The notes: a model not told the origin generated them from the letters alone. Positions 48,230 to 58,490 are shown, counted from the first letter of the stretch. The stretch is 64,000 bases of DNA from Bdellovibrionaceae bacterium UBA6502 (GCA_002436415.1 DJMA01000012.1:26345-90344), one strand, 5' to 3'. Program-made: numbers and translations.

Positions 48230-49795
48230 GTGCAAAAAACTTTAAAAAAGAATTTTTATAGACTAAGTATCTTGCTTTTCAGCCTGCTACTTTGCAATCC
48301 CCTTTTCGCTAAGGCCAAAACAAAAAATCTTATTCTAATCATTGGTGATGGAATGGGACCACAACAAATTTCTCTACTTTACAGTTTTGCTGAATTCACA
48401 AAGACCGGTGTATTAAGCCCAGATCAATTTGCATTTGGAAAAATTGCTGATAACGGAACCGTAGCATACTCTGCAACCAACCCTGAACTTTATGCTGTTA
48501 CAGACTCAGCTTGTTCAGCCACACATCTTGCAACTGGATACAAAAGCCTTCCAGGTGCTATTGGGGTAGACTCTCAAGGATATTCACGTCCAACAATTTT
48601 AGAAAAAGCCAAAAAGGCCGGAAAAGCCACAGGACTTGTGAGTGACACTAGAATCACACACGCGACTCCAGCCTCTTTTGCTGCCCACGTAGGTAGCCGC
48701 GACGAAGAAACCGAGATCGCAGAGCAAATGCTTAAGACCGAACCTGATTTGATGCTAAGCGCAGGTGTAGGAGACTTTTTAAGTGAAGACAAACTAAAAG
48801 AATATACAAGTCAAAACATCGACTACAAAGCAAGAAGAACCGACGGAAAAGACTTGCTAAAACAAGCAAAGAAACAAAACTATGAATTGGCATTTAACAT
48901 CCAAGAACTAAAAGCTACAAAAGGAAAAAAAGTCCTAGGCCTCTTTGCGGACAAAGGTATGCCTGACGGTACTTGGTACAAAGAAAACAAAAACAAAAAA
49001 GATCGTACAATGCCGACTTTGAAAGAAATGGCAATGCTCGCTATCGAAAAACTAGAAGGTGAAGAAAATGGTTACTTCCTAATGATCGAAGCTGGTCAAA
49101 TAGATTGGGCTGGTCATCGCAATGATGCTGGTACCATGTTGCACCAGATGATAGAAGCAAATGAAATGCTAAACGCTGTATACGATCATGTTTCTAAAAA
49201 CGAAGACACATTAATGGTAGTGACGGCAGACCATGAAACCGGTGCTTTTGGTTTGGCCTACAATATGTCTCGCCCACATCAAGTGGTTAAAGGCCTTAAA
49301 GGTCCTTTCTGGAAAAGTGGTTTTCACGCAAAACAAGACTACTTACGTTATGATGCCCTCGATGATATGTACCAACAAAAAATGAGCCTTTATGACTTGT
49401 TAGAAAAATACAAGAAAGAAAAAACATCTAAAAAAGACAAAAAACTACTTCGTAAACTCATCGCAGAAAACACCGCCTACAATATCACCAAAGACCAAGC
49501 GAAATACATTCTAGACAATAAAGATCACCCTTACGGCCAAGGTAAAAAGAAGTATAAGAAATTCCCTAAACTTCAAGGACCATCCGCTTTCTACAGTAGT
49601 TCGACAAACACCCGAATTGCTATGCTAAGCCAAATCATTGGCCCCAAACAAGGAGTGACCTGGGGAACAGGAGGACATACAGCAACACCGGTTGGAGTGT
49701 TTAGTTTCTCTAAAAATGATAGTCACAAAGACTTTGGTGGCTTTCTTCACCACAGCGAATTAGGAATGAGACTTCAAAAAGTTTTAGGATTGTAA
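48230..49795 (+). CDS. phoA: Secreted alkaline phosphatase (PhoA family)
   Basis: 521 aa. GTG start after an AAGGAG SD; signal peptide. DGMGPQ and active-site TDSACSATHLATG motifs. Confidence 0.85.
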   Translation: MQKTLKKNFYRLSILLFSLLLCNPLFAKAKTKNLILIIGDGMGPQQISLLYSFAEFTKTGVLSPDQFAFGKIADNGTVAYSATNPELYAVTDSACSATHLATGYKSLPGAIGVDSQGYSRPTILEKAKKAGKATGLVSDTRITHATPASFAAHVGSRDEETEIAEQMLKTEPDLMLSAGVGDFLSEDKLKEYTSQNIDYKARRTDGKDLLKQAKKQNYELAFNIQELKATKGKKVLGLFADKGMPDGTWYKENKNKKDRTMPTLKEMAMLAIEKLEGEENGYFLMIEAGQIDWAGHRNDAGTMLHQMIEANEMLNAVYDHVSKNEDTLMVVTADHETGAFGLAYNMSRPHQVVKGLKGPFWKSGFHAKQDYLRYDALDDMYQQKMSLYDLLEKYKKEKTSKKDKKLLRKLIAENTAYNITKDQAKYILDNKDHPYGQGKKKYKKFPKLQGPSAFYSSSTNTRIAMLSQIIGPKQGVTWGTGGHTATPVGVFSFSKNDSHKDFGGFLHHSELGMRLQKVLGL

Positions 49796-49817
49796 GAATC
49801 ATTAAAATGTAAATTGA

Positions 49818-49846
49818 AAGCCTTAGCGAAAGCTAAGGCTTTTTTG
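49818..49846. terminator. Bidirectional terminator
   Basis: GCCTTAGC-gaaa-GCTAAGGC followed by T6, between convergent genes. Confidence 0.7.
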
Positions 49847-49855
49847 TTTGTAAGA

Positions 49856-51478
49856 TCAAAAGCCCGAAAGATACCATTGAAACAACAAATTCTCAGATAA
49901 AGCTCTTTCACTAAGACTTTGCTTTAGCTCAGCTTTATAAGTCTTAAAAACTTGGCGATTATTGCCACTTACTTTTAACTCTAAGCTTTTATAGGAAAAA
50001 CCAAATTCTTGCTTAAATAGTTTTAAATATTTTGGTCTTGATCGAGCATAAGTCCTACGCAGAGGCATATCAATCTTAGGGTTTTGATAAATATAATCCC
50101 CTAAAATCAACACACTTAAAAGCACTTCCGAGTCCCTTAAGTCACCGTGACTAAGCAACAATAAATAGATTTCAATTAAGGTCTTATCATTATTAATGGG
50201 TTCCAGACTAACATATTGCACTCTCCTGATTTTTTCGACTGGTGATTCAAGAGCCCAATCAGAAGTTACTTTTTCCTCTTTCCCCTGCTCCTTGGAGTCT
50301 TTTGAGCTTTCCTTCTTTACAAGCTCCTTATTGGAGGTTTTGTTTTTAGGCTCAAAATAATTTACGATTTCTTCCCCTGTCATCTGGGCTACTTTAGTCA
50401 AAAGCTGATCATTTGCAGATTTTCCGAGGTATTTTTCTAGCGTAAAATAAGTAACAGGCATATCTAAACCTGCGATAAAGGGTAAAGACAAATCATTGTT
50501 TAATAAAGCTTCCGCAAACCCCCATTCCTGCCTTTTAGATTCCACAAAAAGAGGTTTATTAAAAAGAGAAAGATTGTGTATTTTAAACTCGCCCTCTAGG
50601 TATCTGCCAAATTCTTTTAAGAACCTTAGAATTTTTCCTTTTATATTTTTCGAAAAGGGATATCCCTGTTCAACAAAATATTCTTCTATTTTCTTAACCT
50701 CACCTAATTGCAAACGAAGTACAGAAACAATATAAAAACGTTCCAATAAATTTGTCTTTGTATGTTCATTTAAAAAGTCAAATAACCTAAGCTCAAACTC
50801 ATTTTTTTCCAGGATATGCCAAGCCTCTTCTCTCGCTTCACTTTTTGCAATCGCAAAATCTTGCATATCTTCAATCTTTCTAACATCTTCTACGCTTTGA
50901 TCTCTCTTAAAGTCTCGAGCACCTTCCCAATACAAAAGGTTTTTAACTAGCCTCTCGGTGGTTTTCTTTTTCTTCGCCAATTCACGAATCAATACATCTG
51001 GGTTGCTAGAGGCCTTGATTTTAGGAGCGGAAATAAACACTTCGTCAACAACTTCATTATTTGGTACTTTCACAGGAACCTTATAAGATCTGTATTTTCG
51101 CCACAGAAGACGAAGTAGCTCTTTTTCCAAAAAATAGATAGAAAACTTTCCGTCATAATAGTAGGTCTCAAAATGCTCAGCGGTGTAGAGTTGCAAATCA
51201 TTATAAACGTCATTCTTGATGCCACTCGCCTCACCAAAGGCAAGGTTCCTATTAATCAGTCGATGATAGAGATCAGAAAGCTTCATGGCAAATTCGAAAC
51301 GCATTGTGTTTGCTTTTGGAGAGCCTGTTTGAATGGCTTGATTGAGTTTTCCAGCAAAAAGATTAAGTTCTTCATAGGTAACTTTGGCTGTCTTCGCACA
51401 GGAATAGCTCTGAGCACTTAGACTAATGCTAGCAAAGATAATACAAAAAGAAAAAACATGATAAAGCCAATTTTTCAT
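49856..51478 (-). CDS. Secreted hypothetical protein (operon gene 4)
   Basis: 540-aa ORF with signal peptide FSFCIIFASISLSAQS. No recognisable domain. Confidence 0.5.
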   Translation of the reverse strand: MKNWLYHVFSFCIIFASISLSAQSYSCAKTAKVTYEELNLFAGKLNQAIQTGSPKANTMRFEFAMKLSDLYHRLINRNLAFGEASGIKNDVYNDLQLYTAEHFETYYYDGKFSIYFLEKELLRLLWRKYRSYKVPVKVPNNEVVDEVFISAPKIKASSNPDVLIRELAKKKKTTERLVKNLLYWEGARDFKRDQSVEDVRKIEDMQDFAIAKSEAREEAWHILEKNEFELRLFDFLNEHTKTNLLERFYIVSVLRLQLGEVKKIEEYFVEQGYPFSKNIKGKILRFLKEFGRYLEGEFKIHNLSLFNKPLFVESKRQEWGFAEALLNNDLSLPFIAGLDMPVTYFTLEKYLGKSANDQLLTKVAQMTGEEIVNYFEPKNKTSNKELVKKESSKDSKEQGKEEKVTSDWALESPVEKIRRVQYVSLEPINNDKTLIEIYLLLLSHGDLRDSEVLLSVLILGDYIYQNPKIDMPLRRTYARSRPKYLKLFKQEFGFSYKSLELKVSGNNRQVFKTYKAELKQSLSERALSENLLFQWYLSGF

Positions 51479-51507
51479 AACATTCCAAATTCGGGAGTCG
51501 GTTTATA

Positions 51508-52863
51508 TCACATTGCCTCTGCACTATCAACAAGATCAAAAAGATCTCTAGATTTAGTGCATAAGTCTAAACTTTCAGTACGTTTATCATCTGGATTGAA
51601 ATGAACCCAAGTAGTTAGAACAATGTTGGCGTAATCAATTGCATTTACAATATTCACTAACTCAGGATCTCCATGAAACAAGGCCGAGCGAAAATCTCTG
51701 TCTAATCCTTCACAATAGTTCTTTAACGAATCAGATCGACTAATTATTTTTTCATCTATATAGTCCAGCATGGTCTCGACCATTTGATTATGCTGTACAA
51801 TAGCCTCTTCTCTCATTTCACCAGACAAGCCACTTACATATTCTTCATGATCCCAAATTTCTATTTGTAAATCAGTGGCTCGATCTATGGCCCAGTAAAG
51901 AACTATTTGTTGTTTCGAGCGGTTTTTTTCTAGTATCTCAATTAAAGATTCCGGGCCTTTCGAGAGTCTTTCAGCTTTCTTTCTATACTTTAGATAATTA
52001 TTCATTCTCTTACCCAACTCGGTATAAGAATAGTAAAACACAAAGGCTCCAACCACAGATTTGATCGCCCAAACGGAGTATTTCGTAAACTTCTTTCGTA
52101 AAAAATCACTCACAGGTGAAATCAGACTTCGTTGTACAAAACTTAATGCCACTTCCCCCAATAGTATGGCAGGAGTAAGCCCTACAAGACTAGCCTTTAT
52201 CTCTTGAAGGTACACATAATTCCTAAAGGCCAACATCTTATCCGCTCGAAAGTCAGTAGTTTGGTCTTTTCCTATACACAATAAACTAGCCCGATAAAAA
52301 CCATTAGACTCTAAGAGAAAGTCTAAATAAAGTGATCCAAAATAATAGGAGAACTGATCTTCTCGAACACCGTAGAGTTTATTGTAATCATTTTTTTTAC
52401 CAAAGTAGGCACCGTAAATATCTTGAATTGGTTGTAAATAAGACTCAATGAAAGCCTCTTCCCGACTTGCTTTGGAAAAAAGGTATCCCATATAGGTTTT
52501 AGATTTAAGATCTTCCGGTAGATTTAAAATCAAGGCTTCGTCAAATCGAACTGGGTATTTAGTGAGATATTCTCTCTCTGCATTACTAGAAGGAATATAA
52601 TCAACACGTCCCTCCTCCTTTTTAATCTTTTCAAGAGACTTTTCTAAAGAGGGAATGGGACCGTAATAATACTCCTCTCGAAATCCTTCGCAGAGCTTTA
52701 GAGTATTCACAAAAGCATTTTCGCGAACTTGATCACGAAAATTCCTGAGCTTTTCAAGCCTCTCTTTAACTTCTTTCTTTTCTGGCGTAATAGTTTCCGC
52801 GGAATACAAAGACTGTATCCACAGTAGATTAATAAGAAAGAAATATAGCGATAATTTTTTCAA
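51508..52863 (-). CDS. Hypothetical membrane protein with signal peptide and two central TM helices (operon gene 3)
   Basis: AGGAGTG SD 5 nt before an in-frame TTG at 52863, giving (M)KKLSLYFFLINLLWIQSLYSA. This is preferred over the ORF-track start at 52965, which overlaps gene 2. Confidence 0.5.
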   Translation of the reverse strand: MKKLSLYFFLINLLWIQSLYSAETITPEKKEVKERLEKLRNFRDQVRENAFVNTLKLCEGFREEYYYGPIPSLEKSLEKIKKEEGRVDYIPSSNAEREYLTKYPVRFDEALILNLPEDLKSKTYMGYLFSKASREEAFIESYLQPIQDIYGAYFGKKNDYNKLYGVREDQFSYYFGSLYLDFLLESNGFYRASLLCIGKDQTTDFRADKMLAFRNYVYLQEIKASLVGLTPAILLGEVALSFVQRSLISPVSDFLRKKFTKYSVWAIKSVVGAFVFYYSYTELGKRMNNYLKYRKKAERLSKGPESLIEILEKNRSKQQIVLYWAIDRATDLQIEIWDHEEYVSGLSGEMREEAIVQHNQMVETMLDYIDEKIISRSDSLKNYCEGLDRDFRSALFHGDPELVNIVNAIDYANIVLTTWVHFNPDDKRTESLDLCTKSRDLFDLVDSAEAM

Positions 52864-52909
52864 TTCACTCCTACAAAAAAAGCGGTCTTCAATAGACCGC
52901 CTTTTAAAT

Positions 52910-54268
52910 CTATTCACCCAAATCGTATACTTTTGGTTTCTTAGACATTTGCATATAGTAATCATTTTCTAGATTTTCAATTTCAGCAATCTCAGCCTCT
53001 AATTCACTAGAAATAGTCATTAGGTAGTTTTTAAACTCATTCACAGCAAACAAATCAACAGGCTCATCTTCCGACGATCCCCATTTAATCTGAATGTTCT
53101 CTGCCAAATCATTACTACTTACGATTACCAAAGGAACTGTGGCAGCCGTTGTAGCAACACCTAACATAGACTTAGCCAAAAATCTGGTAGTCCATTTTTT
53201 TAGTCTCGTTCCACGTAAAAAGCTTTTACTATCTTTTAATGCAAGCTCTTTTTCTTGCGTTAATTCCGTTAATCTTTCAATTTCTGGAACCAATGAATTC
53301 TTGATATGAGATTCATGACCTCTAATTTGATTTTTCAAAGTTTTAGTCTTTTCAGCCAATTCAGCTTCCCTAGCAACGCGCTGTTCAGTTACTTGCTCCA
53401 TACGCTCTTTCAGAAAGTTTAATCTGACACTAATCGTCTTAAGATTCTTTTCAGCCGCTCTAAGCTCTGACTCAATTTTATCCATAGAATCTAAAGTATA
53501 AGGAGAATCCTTATCCGCTAAAAAATTTGGATTTAATTCCGTGTAATCAAGCATAGCTGAATTTGCTGCCCTGGCAGACGCTAATTTTTTTTCTGCTTCC
53601 TTCAAAGCAAGTTCACTGTTTTTAACATCACTTGCAAGCCCACGTAAATCGTCATCTAATTCAGCAAGAGTTCCAATAGACCCCTCTCTCTCAATATCGT
53701 TGATATTTTGTTGCAAATGAGAGATTTTAGTTTCTTGCTCGTTTTTTGCTACTACGACTGTAAAAAGATCTACCTTCGCTTTATGAAAATCAGCGCTCGC
53801 TTGGCTATGTCTTTCCATAGCAGCAGCAAGTTTTGGGTCATTTTTTAAAAACTTGAAGAAACTTCGAAGTTGGTAGCCCTTCAAGCCAACACCAGCAATG
53901 ATTGCTAGAGTATTTCCTGAAATTTCAAAGTTCACAACATCGTCAGCATCTGTAAAACCAAAACTCTCCGCTAGATCATTTTCAAACTTTGCAGTTTCTA
54001 TGGCTTCAAGAATAGAGTCATTAAAACTCTTTAAAACTTGTAACCTAAACTTAGCCTCAAACAAGTCTCTACTTTTATCCTTACCAACTATATAATCCTG
54101 AACCGCTTGGTCAACAAGATCAGCTTCAGTCTCATGAGACTTCTTCTTAATAATGTCTCCTACTGATAACTTAGGTCGCTCTGGAGACTTTTTTAACTCT
54201 TCCGCCATTAGGCTTAAGGAACTTAAGCCCATACTAGTAATTACTAATGTACTAATTAACTTTTTCAT
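52910..54268 (-). CDS. Secreted coiled-coil protein with a C-proximal TM segment (operon gene 2)
   Basis: 452-aa ORF. AAGGA SD, signal peptide, long heptad-rich region and hydrophobic GVATTAATVPLVIVSS. Confidence 0.5.
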   Translation of the reverse strand: MKKLISTLVITSMGLSSLSLMAEELKKSPERPKLSVGDIIKKKSHETEADLVDQAVQDYIVGKDKSRDLFEAKFRLQVLKSFNDSILEAIETAKFENDLAESFGFTDADDVVNFEISGNTLAIIAGVGLKGYQLRSFFKFLKNDPKLAAAMERHSQASADFHKAKVDLFTVVVAKNEQETKISHLQQNINDIEREGSIGTLAELDDDLRGLASDVKNSELALKEAEKKLASARAANSAMLDYTELNPNFLADKDSPYTLDSMDKIESELRAAEKNLKTISVRLNFLKERMEQVTEQRVAREAELAEKTKTLKNQIRGHESHIKNSLVPEIERLTELTQEKELALKDSKSFLRGTRLKKWTTRFLAKSMLGVATTAATVPLVIVSSNDLAENIQIKWGSSEDEPVDLFAVNEFKNYLMTISSELEAEIAEIENLENDYYMQMSKKPKVYDLGE

Positions 54269-54284
54269 AAATCCTTAAACCCTT

Positions 54285-56243
54285 CTATTGGAAAATGTTT
54301 CTGTAATCTTGCTGGATTTCCATCCATTTTTGGTAACGATTAATAATCTTCCACTTAGCAGTTACTGTCTCTTCTCTACCGTTTCTAGATCTCATTTCCT
54401 GTTCTTTTTTAACTTCTTGCTCCGCTAATTCATGAAAATCTGCTACCGAAACACTTGTCTCTAAAGGTAATTTAATTGGGATAAATCCTTGTTTGATCGT
54501 TTCTTCAGTAATTCTGTCTTGACGATTAAATACCCAATCCATATAAATTCGACCATCAGAAGGAATTGGGTTAATCATGGAAACTTCAAATTTAAGCGAT
54601 AGTCCATCCACTACACGTCCACCACGTTTTTCCTGGTAGATTTTTTCGTCAATTTGAACCAACTCACCGTCATCGTTAAGAGCTAAATCAATGGCACTTT
54701 TTGACTCCTCAAATAACTGGAACAAACTCATTCTTTGACTATCAGTAATACCAGCAACCTCTCTCAATTTCTTTAAACAAGCGTAGTCAACCTGCTTACA
54801 TACATCGCTTTCTTCACCAAAAATGTAAGTTTCCGGTTTGTGTAAATTCACATCTTTTAACTCAACCAATTTTGAACGATCAAAGTCACCAAGATCGATT
54901 TTCATAAAACGATCCATATTTTCTTCAACTGGAGCTAACATTTCTGACTTTCGCCCATAAACTTCTAAAGACACGCTAACATTAACTTTATTGATTGGAC
55001 GAACAATTAAGAAAATTTTATTAGACTTATCTTTGTTGATGCTATCACGTAGCGCCAATATATCACTTGAATCTGCTTGCACTAAATAGCGGTCATTCAC
55101 CAATGGAGTAGAATGAGCATTCGATGGACCATTTTTAACGGCATTTTTAAGCGTGTTAACAAAAGTATTCTGGTTATTCATACCATTGCTCTTAGCAGCG
55201 ATTTGCTTAGCGATCTCTTTTTTTGAAGGGCTATATCTTACATTGTTCTTATAATCTTCCATCTTATTTAAAGCCGCAACTTTTTTACGAAGCTCAAAAA
55301 TCTTTAAAGGCTCATCCACACCGTATAAAGAGATTAAAGCAGTAACTTTGGTATCTTTTTCTAAAATACGATCAACTACTCCTTGCGCCTCAATTCCAGC
55401 GAATAAATCTTTATAAAGACTTACTTGAGTTTCCAAGTTTTGCTTCTGTGCTAAAGCTTCCGATTTCAATGTAGCGGCTTTGCCTTGCTCAAGAATTGCA
55501 GTTTCTTGTGCTACTTTAGCCTCTTCAAGAGCTTTCTTCACGTCAGCCTGTTGAATTTTTGCTGTGTTAATACTAGTAAGGGCTTCTTGTAATGCGAGGT
55601 CTGCCTTTTCAATGCCATCCTTGATGTTTCGTTCTATCTCAATTTTTCTAGCTTCCGCTTGGGCAACTTCTTCTTTTAAAGTTTCGATTTGCTCTTCAAA
55701 AGCCTTCACCTTACCAAGGGCCGCTTCTTCCATCTGAATCGCATTTTCCATTTTTTTATCTGCTAGAGCGTTCTTTTCTAAAGCAATAACAAACTCAGCC
55801 TCTAGCTCTTGTTGCTTTTTTTGAACAGCTAACTCTAGAGCGCTCATTTCGTTTTTTATGTTAGAAACTTCTGATTCTAGCTCAGTAATTTTGATGTTTT
55901 TCTCTGTAATTGTAACTTCCTGACCATCGATCATTTCTTGATGTTCAGAGATCTGTTGGGAGTGAATTGCTTGAAGGTCTTTAAGCGCCTTCTCTTTTTC
56001 ATTCAAACTTGCTTCTAAAGCCTTGAACTTTTCTACATTTTCTTTGTTCGCTTCAATTTGTGCATCTAAAGCTTTTTGTTGTTGAGCCTTTTCAGCCTCA
56101 AGGTCTTGCATCTTTTTATTTTTCTCAGCCAATTGTGCGTTTAACTTGTCATCATCATTATCTTTGTTACAAGCAACGTTCAACAATAGGCTTGTGGATA
56201 ATAGTCCACTAAGGATAATTTTTCCCAAGCTCATTTTATTCAT
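54285..56243 (-). CDS. Lipoprotein with a ~260-aa coiled coil and a C-terminal globular domain (operon gene 1)
   Basis: 652-aa ORF. GAAGGAAA SD; lipobox LLNVAC|N. Highly charged heptad-rich region from about aa 30 to 290. Confidence 0.55.
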   Translation of the reverse strand: MNKMSLGKIILSGLLSTSLLLNVACNKDNDDDKLNAQLAEKNKKMQDLEAEKAQQQKALDAQIEANKENVEKFKALEASLNEKEKALKDLQAIHSQQISEHQEMIDGQEVTITEKNIKITELESEVSNIKNEMSALELAVQKKQQELEAEFVIALEKNALADKKMENAIQMEEAALGKVKAFEEQIETLKEEVAQAEARKIEIERNIKDGIEKADLALQEALTSINTAKIQQADVKKALEEAKVAQETAILEQGKAATLKSEALAQKQNLETQVSLYKDLFAGIEAQGVVDRILEKDTKVTALISLYGVDEPLKIFELRKKVAALNKMEDYKNNVRYSPSKKEIAKQIAAKSNGMNNQNTFVNTLKNAVKNGPSNAHSTPLVNDRYLVQADSSDILALRDSINKDKSNKIFLIVRPINKVNVSVSLEVYGRKSEMLAPVEENMDRFMKIDLGDFDRSKLVELKDVNLHKPETYIFGEESDVCKQVDYACLKKLREVAGITDSQRMSLFQLFEESKSAIDLALNDDGELVQIDEKIYQEKRGGRVVDGLSLKFEVSMINPIPSDGRIYMDWVFNRQDRITEETIKQGFIPIKLPLETSVSVADFHELAEQEVKKEQEMRSRNGREETVTAKWKIINRYQKWMEIQQDYRNIFQ

Positions 56244-56325
56244 TCCAGATTTCCTTCAATAAAAATACACCCAGCCCCCCAATGGGGATTCTGGCAAATG
56301 GTTTTAAAATCTCAGCAAGGCTTAT

Positions 56326-56341
56326 TGCATTTACTATGCCG
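56326..56341 (-). promoter_or_regulatory. Sigma-54-like -24/-12 element upstream of the four-gene operon
   Basis: Minus strand reads CGGCATAGTAAATGCA (GG-N10-GC; compare TGGCAC-N5-TTGCA). Lies ~83 nt upstream of the 56243 start. Confidence 0.3.
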
Positions 56342-56469
56342 AAATACTAATTTACCGATTTTAAACAAGTATTTTAAATTGAAAGGCTTACATGTTCTTG
56401 AAAACACCTTAGCTTCGATTTGAACTGACTATATATTTGATAGGGTGACGATTTTTTTCCTAGGCTTTC

Positions 56470-57099
56470 CTAAAACCAGTAGGACATTTGAACCACAAAT
56501 TCATCTAAAGAAGGCCGATTGTATTGTTGGTTTGGTAAACTTGTTTTTACACCAGACAAATTCATATCCTTATATATAGTCTTCCGATAGATTGCTGTGA
56601 CAGCGACATTATTCTGCCAATACATATAAAAGCCGTAGCCACTACTTGTCCCAGAGATTGAATCTCCAATTTGCAATGGACTATGACTTCCAGAGTTTAA
56701 TTTTTTCACTTTTGAGGATACGACAGGATGATACTCAGAATAAAGGGCAATCCCCTGCCACAAATCTAACTTTAAAAATAAGCCCAAACGACTACTTTCA
56801 AACTTAGCTGAAAACTTATCCTGAGAGGCTCCTGTATTGCGCACAAGATCTTCTGATTTTTGATGATAAGATAAGCTTGGACCAAGCTTTAACACATTGA
56901 AATCAAAACTAGCACGATAACCGAAACCTCCACCCAAACCAGATAAAAATGAGTCATCTTCGTTATAAGTGTAGACATTCATTTTGTCTTCCAGCGAAAA
57001 ATTCCAACTCATATCTAACTCTAGAAAGAACTCTTGTTCTAAGGCATCAAGCTGACAAGAAATTAAAATTGTAACTAAGAATAAGTTTAAAATTTTCAC
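56470..57099 (-). CDS. Small outer-membrane beta-barrel protein
   Basis: 209 aa with a signal peptide. Alternating beta-strand pattern and a C-terminal ...QMSYWF aromatic terminus. Confidence 0.6.
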   Translation of the reverse strand: MKILNLFLVTILISCQLDALEQEFFLELDMSWNFSLEDKMNVYTYNEDDSFLSGLGGGFGYRASFDFNVLKLGPSLSYHQKSEDLVRNTGASQDKFSAKFESSRLGLFLKLDLWQGIALYSEYHPVVSSKVKKLNSGSHSPLQIGDSISGTSSGYGFYMYWQNNVAVTAIYRKTIYKDMNLSGVKTSLPNQQYNRPSLDEFVVQMSYWF

Positions 57100-57348
57100 G
57101 AACTACAGTTTAACCTCTTTCCCAATGCATGAGAAGAAACTCGATATAGATCCTGGGTTAAAGACTAAATAATTACAAGACGACTACTTTTACTTTGCGG
57201 GAATCATTTTTATTCTAAAGCTAATAACAAATTTTCCCCTCCCTACGACTTGAAATCTGTTTCTAATGAAAAACAAAAAGATGCTTCTTCACATCATAAA
57301 AAACGAACAGTGAGCATATAATTTCAGATTTTTTTAAATTTGTGGAAT

Positions 57349-57491
57349 AGCCCCTTTAATTGCGGATAGGATTTTATACTTCTTGGATAACACTGGGCGA
57401 ATCGAATTTGTCCCAGTTTTAAGTTTACTCGCAACGAATACTGAATTGAGTTTAAAGGATTAACATCAATTCATCCGCAGTTAAAAGGGCC
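57349..57491 (+). mobile_element. MITE-like element, copy B (143 bp)
   Basis: AGCCCCTTTAATTGCGGAT at 57349-57367 against ATCCGCAGTTAAAAGGGCC at 57473-57491 (3 mismatches as an inverted repeat). AAT flanks both ends. Confidence 0.55.
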
Positions 57492-57815
57492 AATTTATAT
57501 TTTTCAAAACAAATTTATCAAAAATAGGTACATCAATTTACACAAAGATTTCTTTAAAATACCCCACGCGTTTCATTTGTTTCGCCAGAAAAATTTAACA
57601 AAAAATGCAGTGCATGCATCAAACCAAATCTTTACTGTATCTTAAAAGAAAAAGAATTCAGTACTATTGATAAAACCTATATTTAACATCTTAACAATTG
57701 CAGCAGATAAAATTGCTACCAACAAAAGTTGCCACTTAAGAAGTTGCTTATTAATTTAAATATTTCAAACCAATGAAATCCTTTTTCCTAAATATTGGAA
57801 AACATCTCAATTTGA

Positions 57816-58490
57816 TTGATAAGCATTAAGAAATCTCCAAAAACCAATAAAAAAAGATTAATCTTTTTAAAAATCCTTCCGATCGATCACTCCATGAAAG
57901 TAAATAAACTTCGCGTGTTTGTATTTTGCCCCAGGAAAGACTGTGATAACAGACTCTTTCAATTGGCTTATTCTTTTTGGAAAAAGCTATGGCTAGAAAC
58001 ATACCGAGAATTGGTTGGTCTTGATAAGATCAACTCTGATAGCTTTCTTTCCTCATACCGGGTCGTTTGTGTTTTTAACGACATAGAAGTTGTCGCGATT
58101 GGCTTAATCCACAATTTTGATTTTTCAAATCCACTGCAAAAGGAACTAAGTTATTTCAATGCCTTTAGTGATAAGTCTTTAGATTCTATTTTTTCAAAAT
58201 ACAAAAGAATATCCTCAATAGACAATATTGCAATAAGTCCTAATTACAGAAAAAAAGGGATCGTACAACTCCTCTTCCACGAAATTTACAAAATTTTTAT
58301 CGAGACATCATCTGATATTCTCGTCGCTTACACGAGAAACAATAGAAGTATCAATAAAGTAGCCTATGACCTAGGGGCTAGTTCTTTAGACAAGAACATT
58401 CTAAATCACGGTGTTAAAACAGACATAATATTTTTTGATAGAAATGTTAAAAACAAAGGGGAAAATAATGGAAGAAAAAAAGCATCTTAA
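57816..58490 (+). CDS. GNAT-fold acyltransferase (N-acyl amino acid synthase-like?)
   Basis: The NIAISPNYRKKGIVQLLFHEIYK segment fits the GNAT acyl-CoA-binding motif (Q/RxxGxG/A-like). Start is uncertain: TTG at 57816 or ATG at 57894. Confidence 0.5.
   Translation: MISIKKSPKTNKKRLIFLKILPIDHSMKVNKLRVFVFCPRKDCDNRLFQLAYSFWKKLWLETYRELVGLDKINSDSFLSSYRVVCVFNDIEVVAIGLIHNFDFSNPLQKELSYFNAFSDKSLDSIFSKYKRISSIDNIAISPNYRKKGIVQLLFHEIYKIFIETSSDILVAYTRNNRSINKVAYDLGASSLDKNILNHGVKTDIIFFDRNVKNKGENNGRKKAS

Noticed and set aside
52864-52965. N-terminal 34-codon extension of ORF 51508..52965, overlapping the upstream gene by 56 nt.
   Set aside because: The extension is basic, non-signal-like sequence without an SD. 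An AGGAGTG SD plus TTG at 52863 yields a canonical signal peptide.
11755-57491. The inverted copies A and B might delimit a 45.7-kb composite element or genomic island next to tRNA genes.
   Set aside because: The interval contains core genes (fadE, sdaA, ilvE, dnaE2 cassette) and no integrase or transposase. The copies are only ~70% identical by eye. Recombination-mediated inversion remains conceivable but is unsupported.
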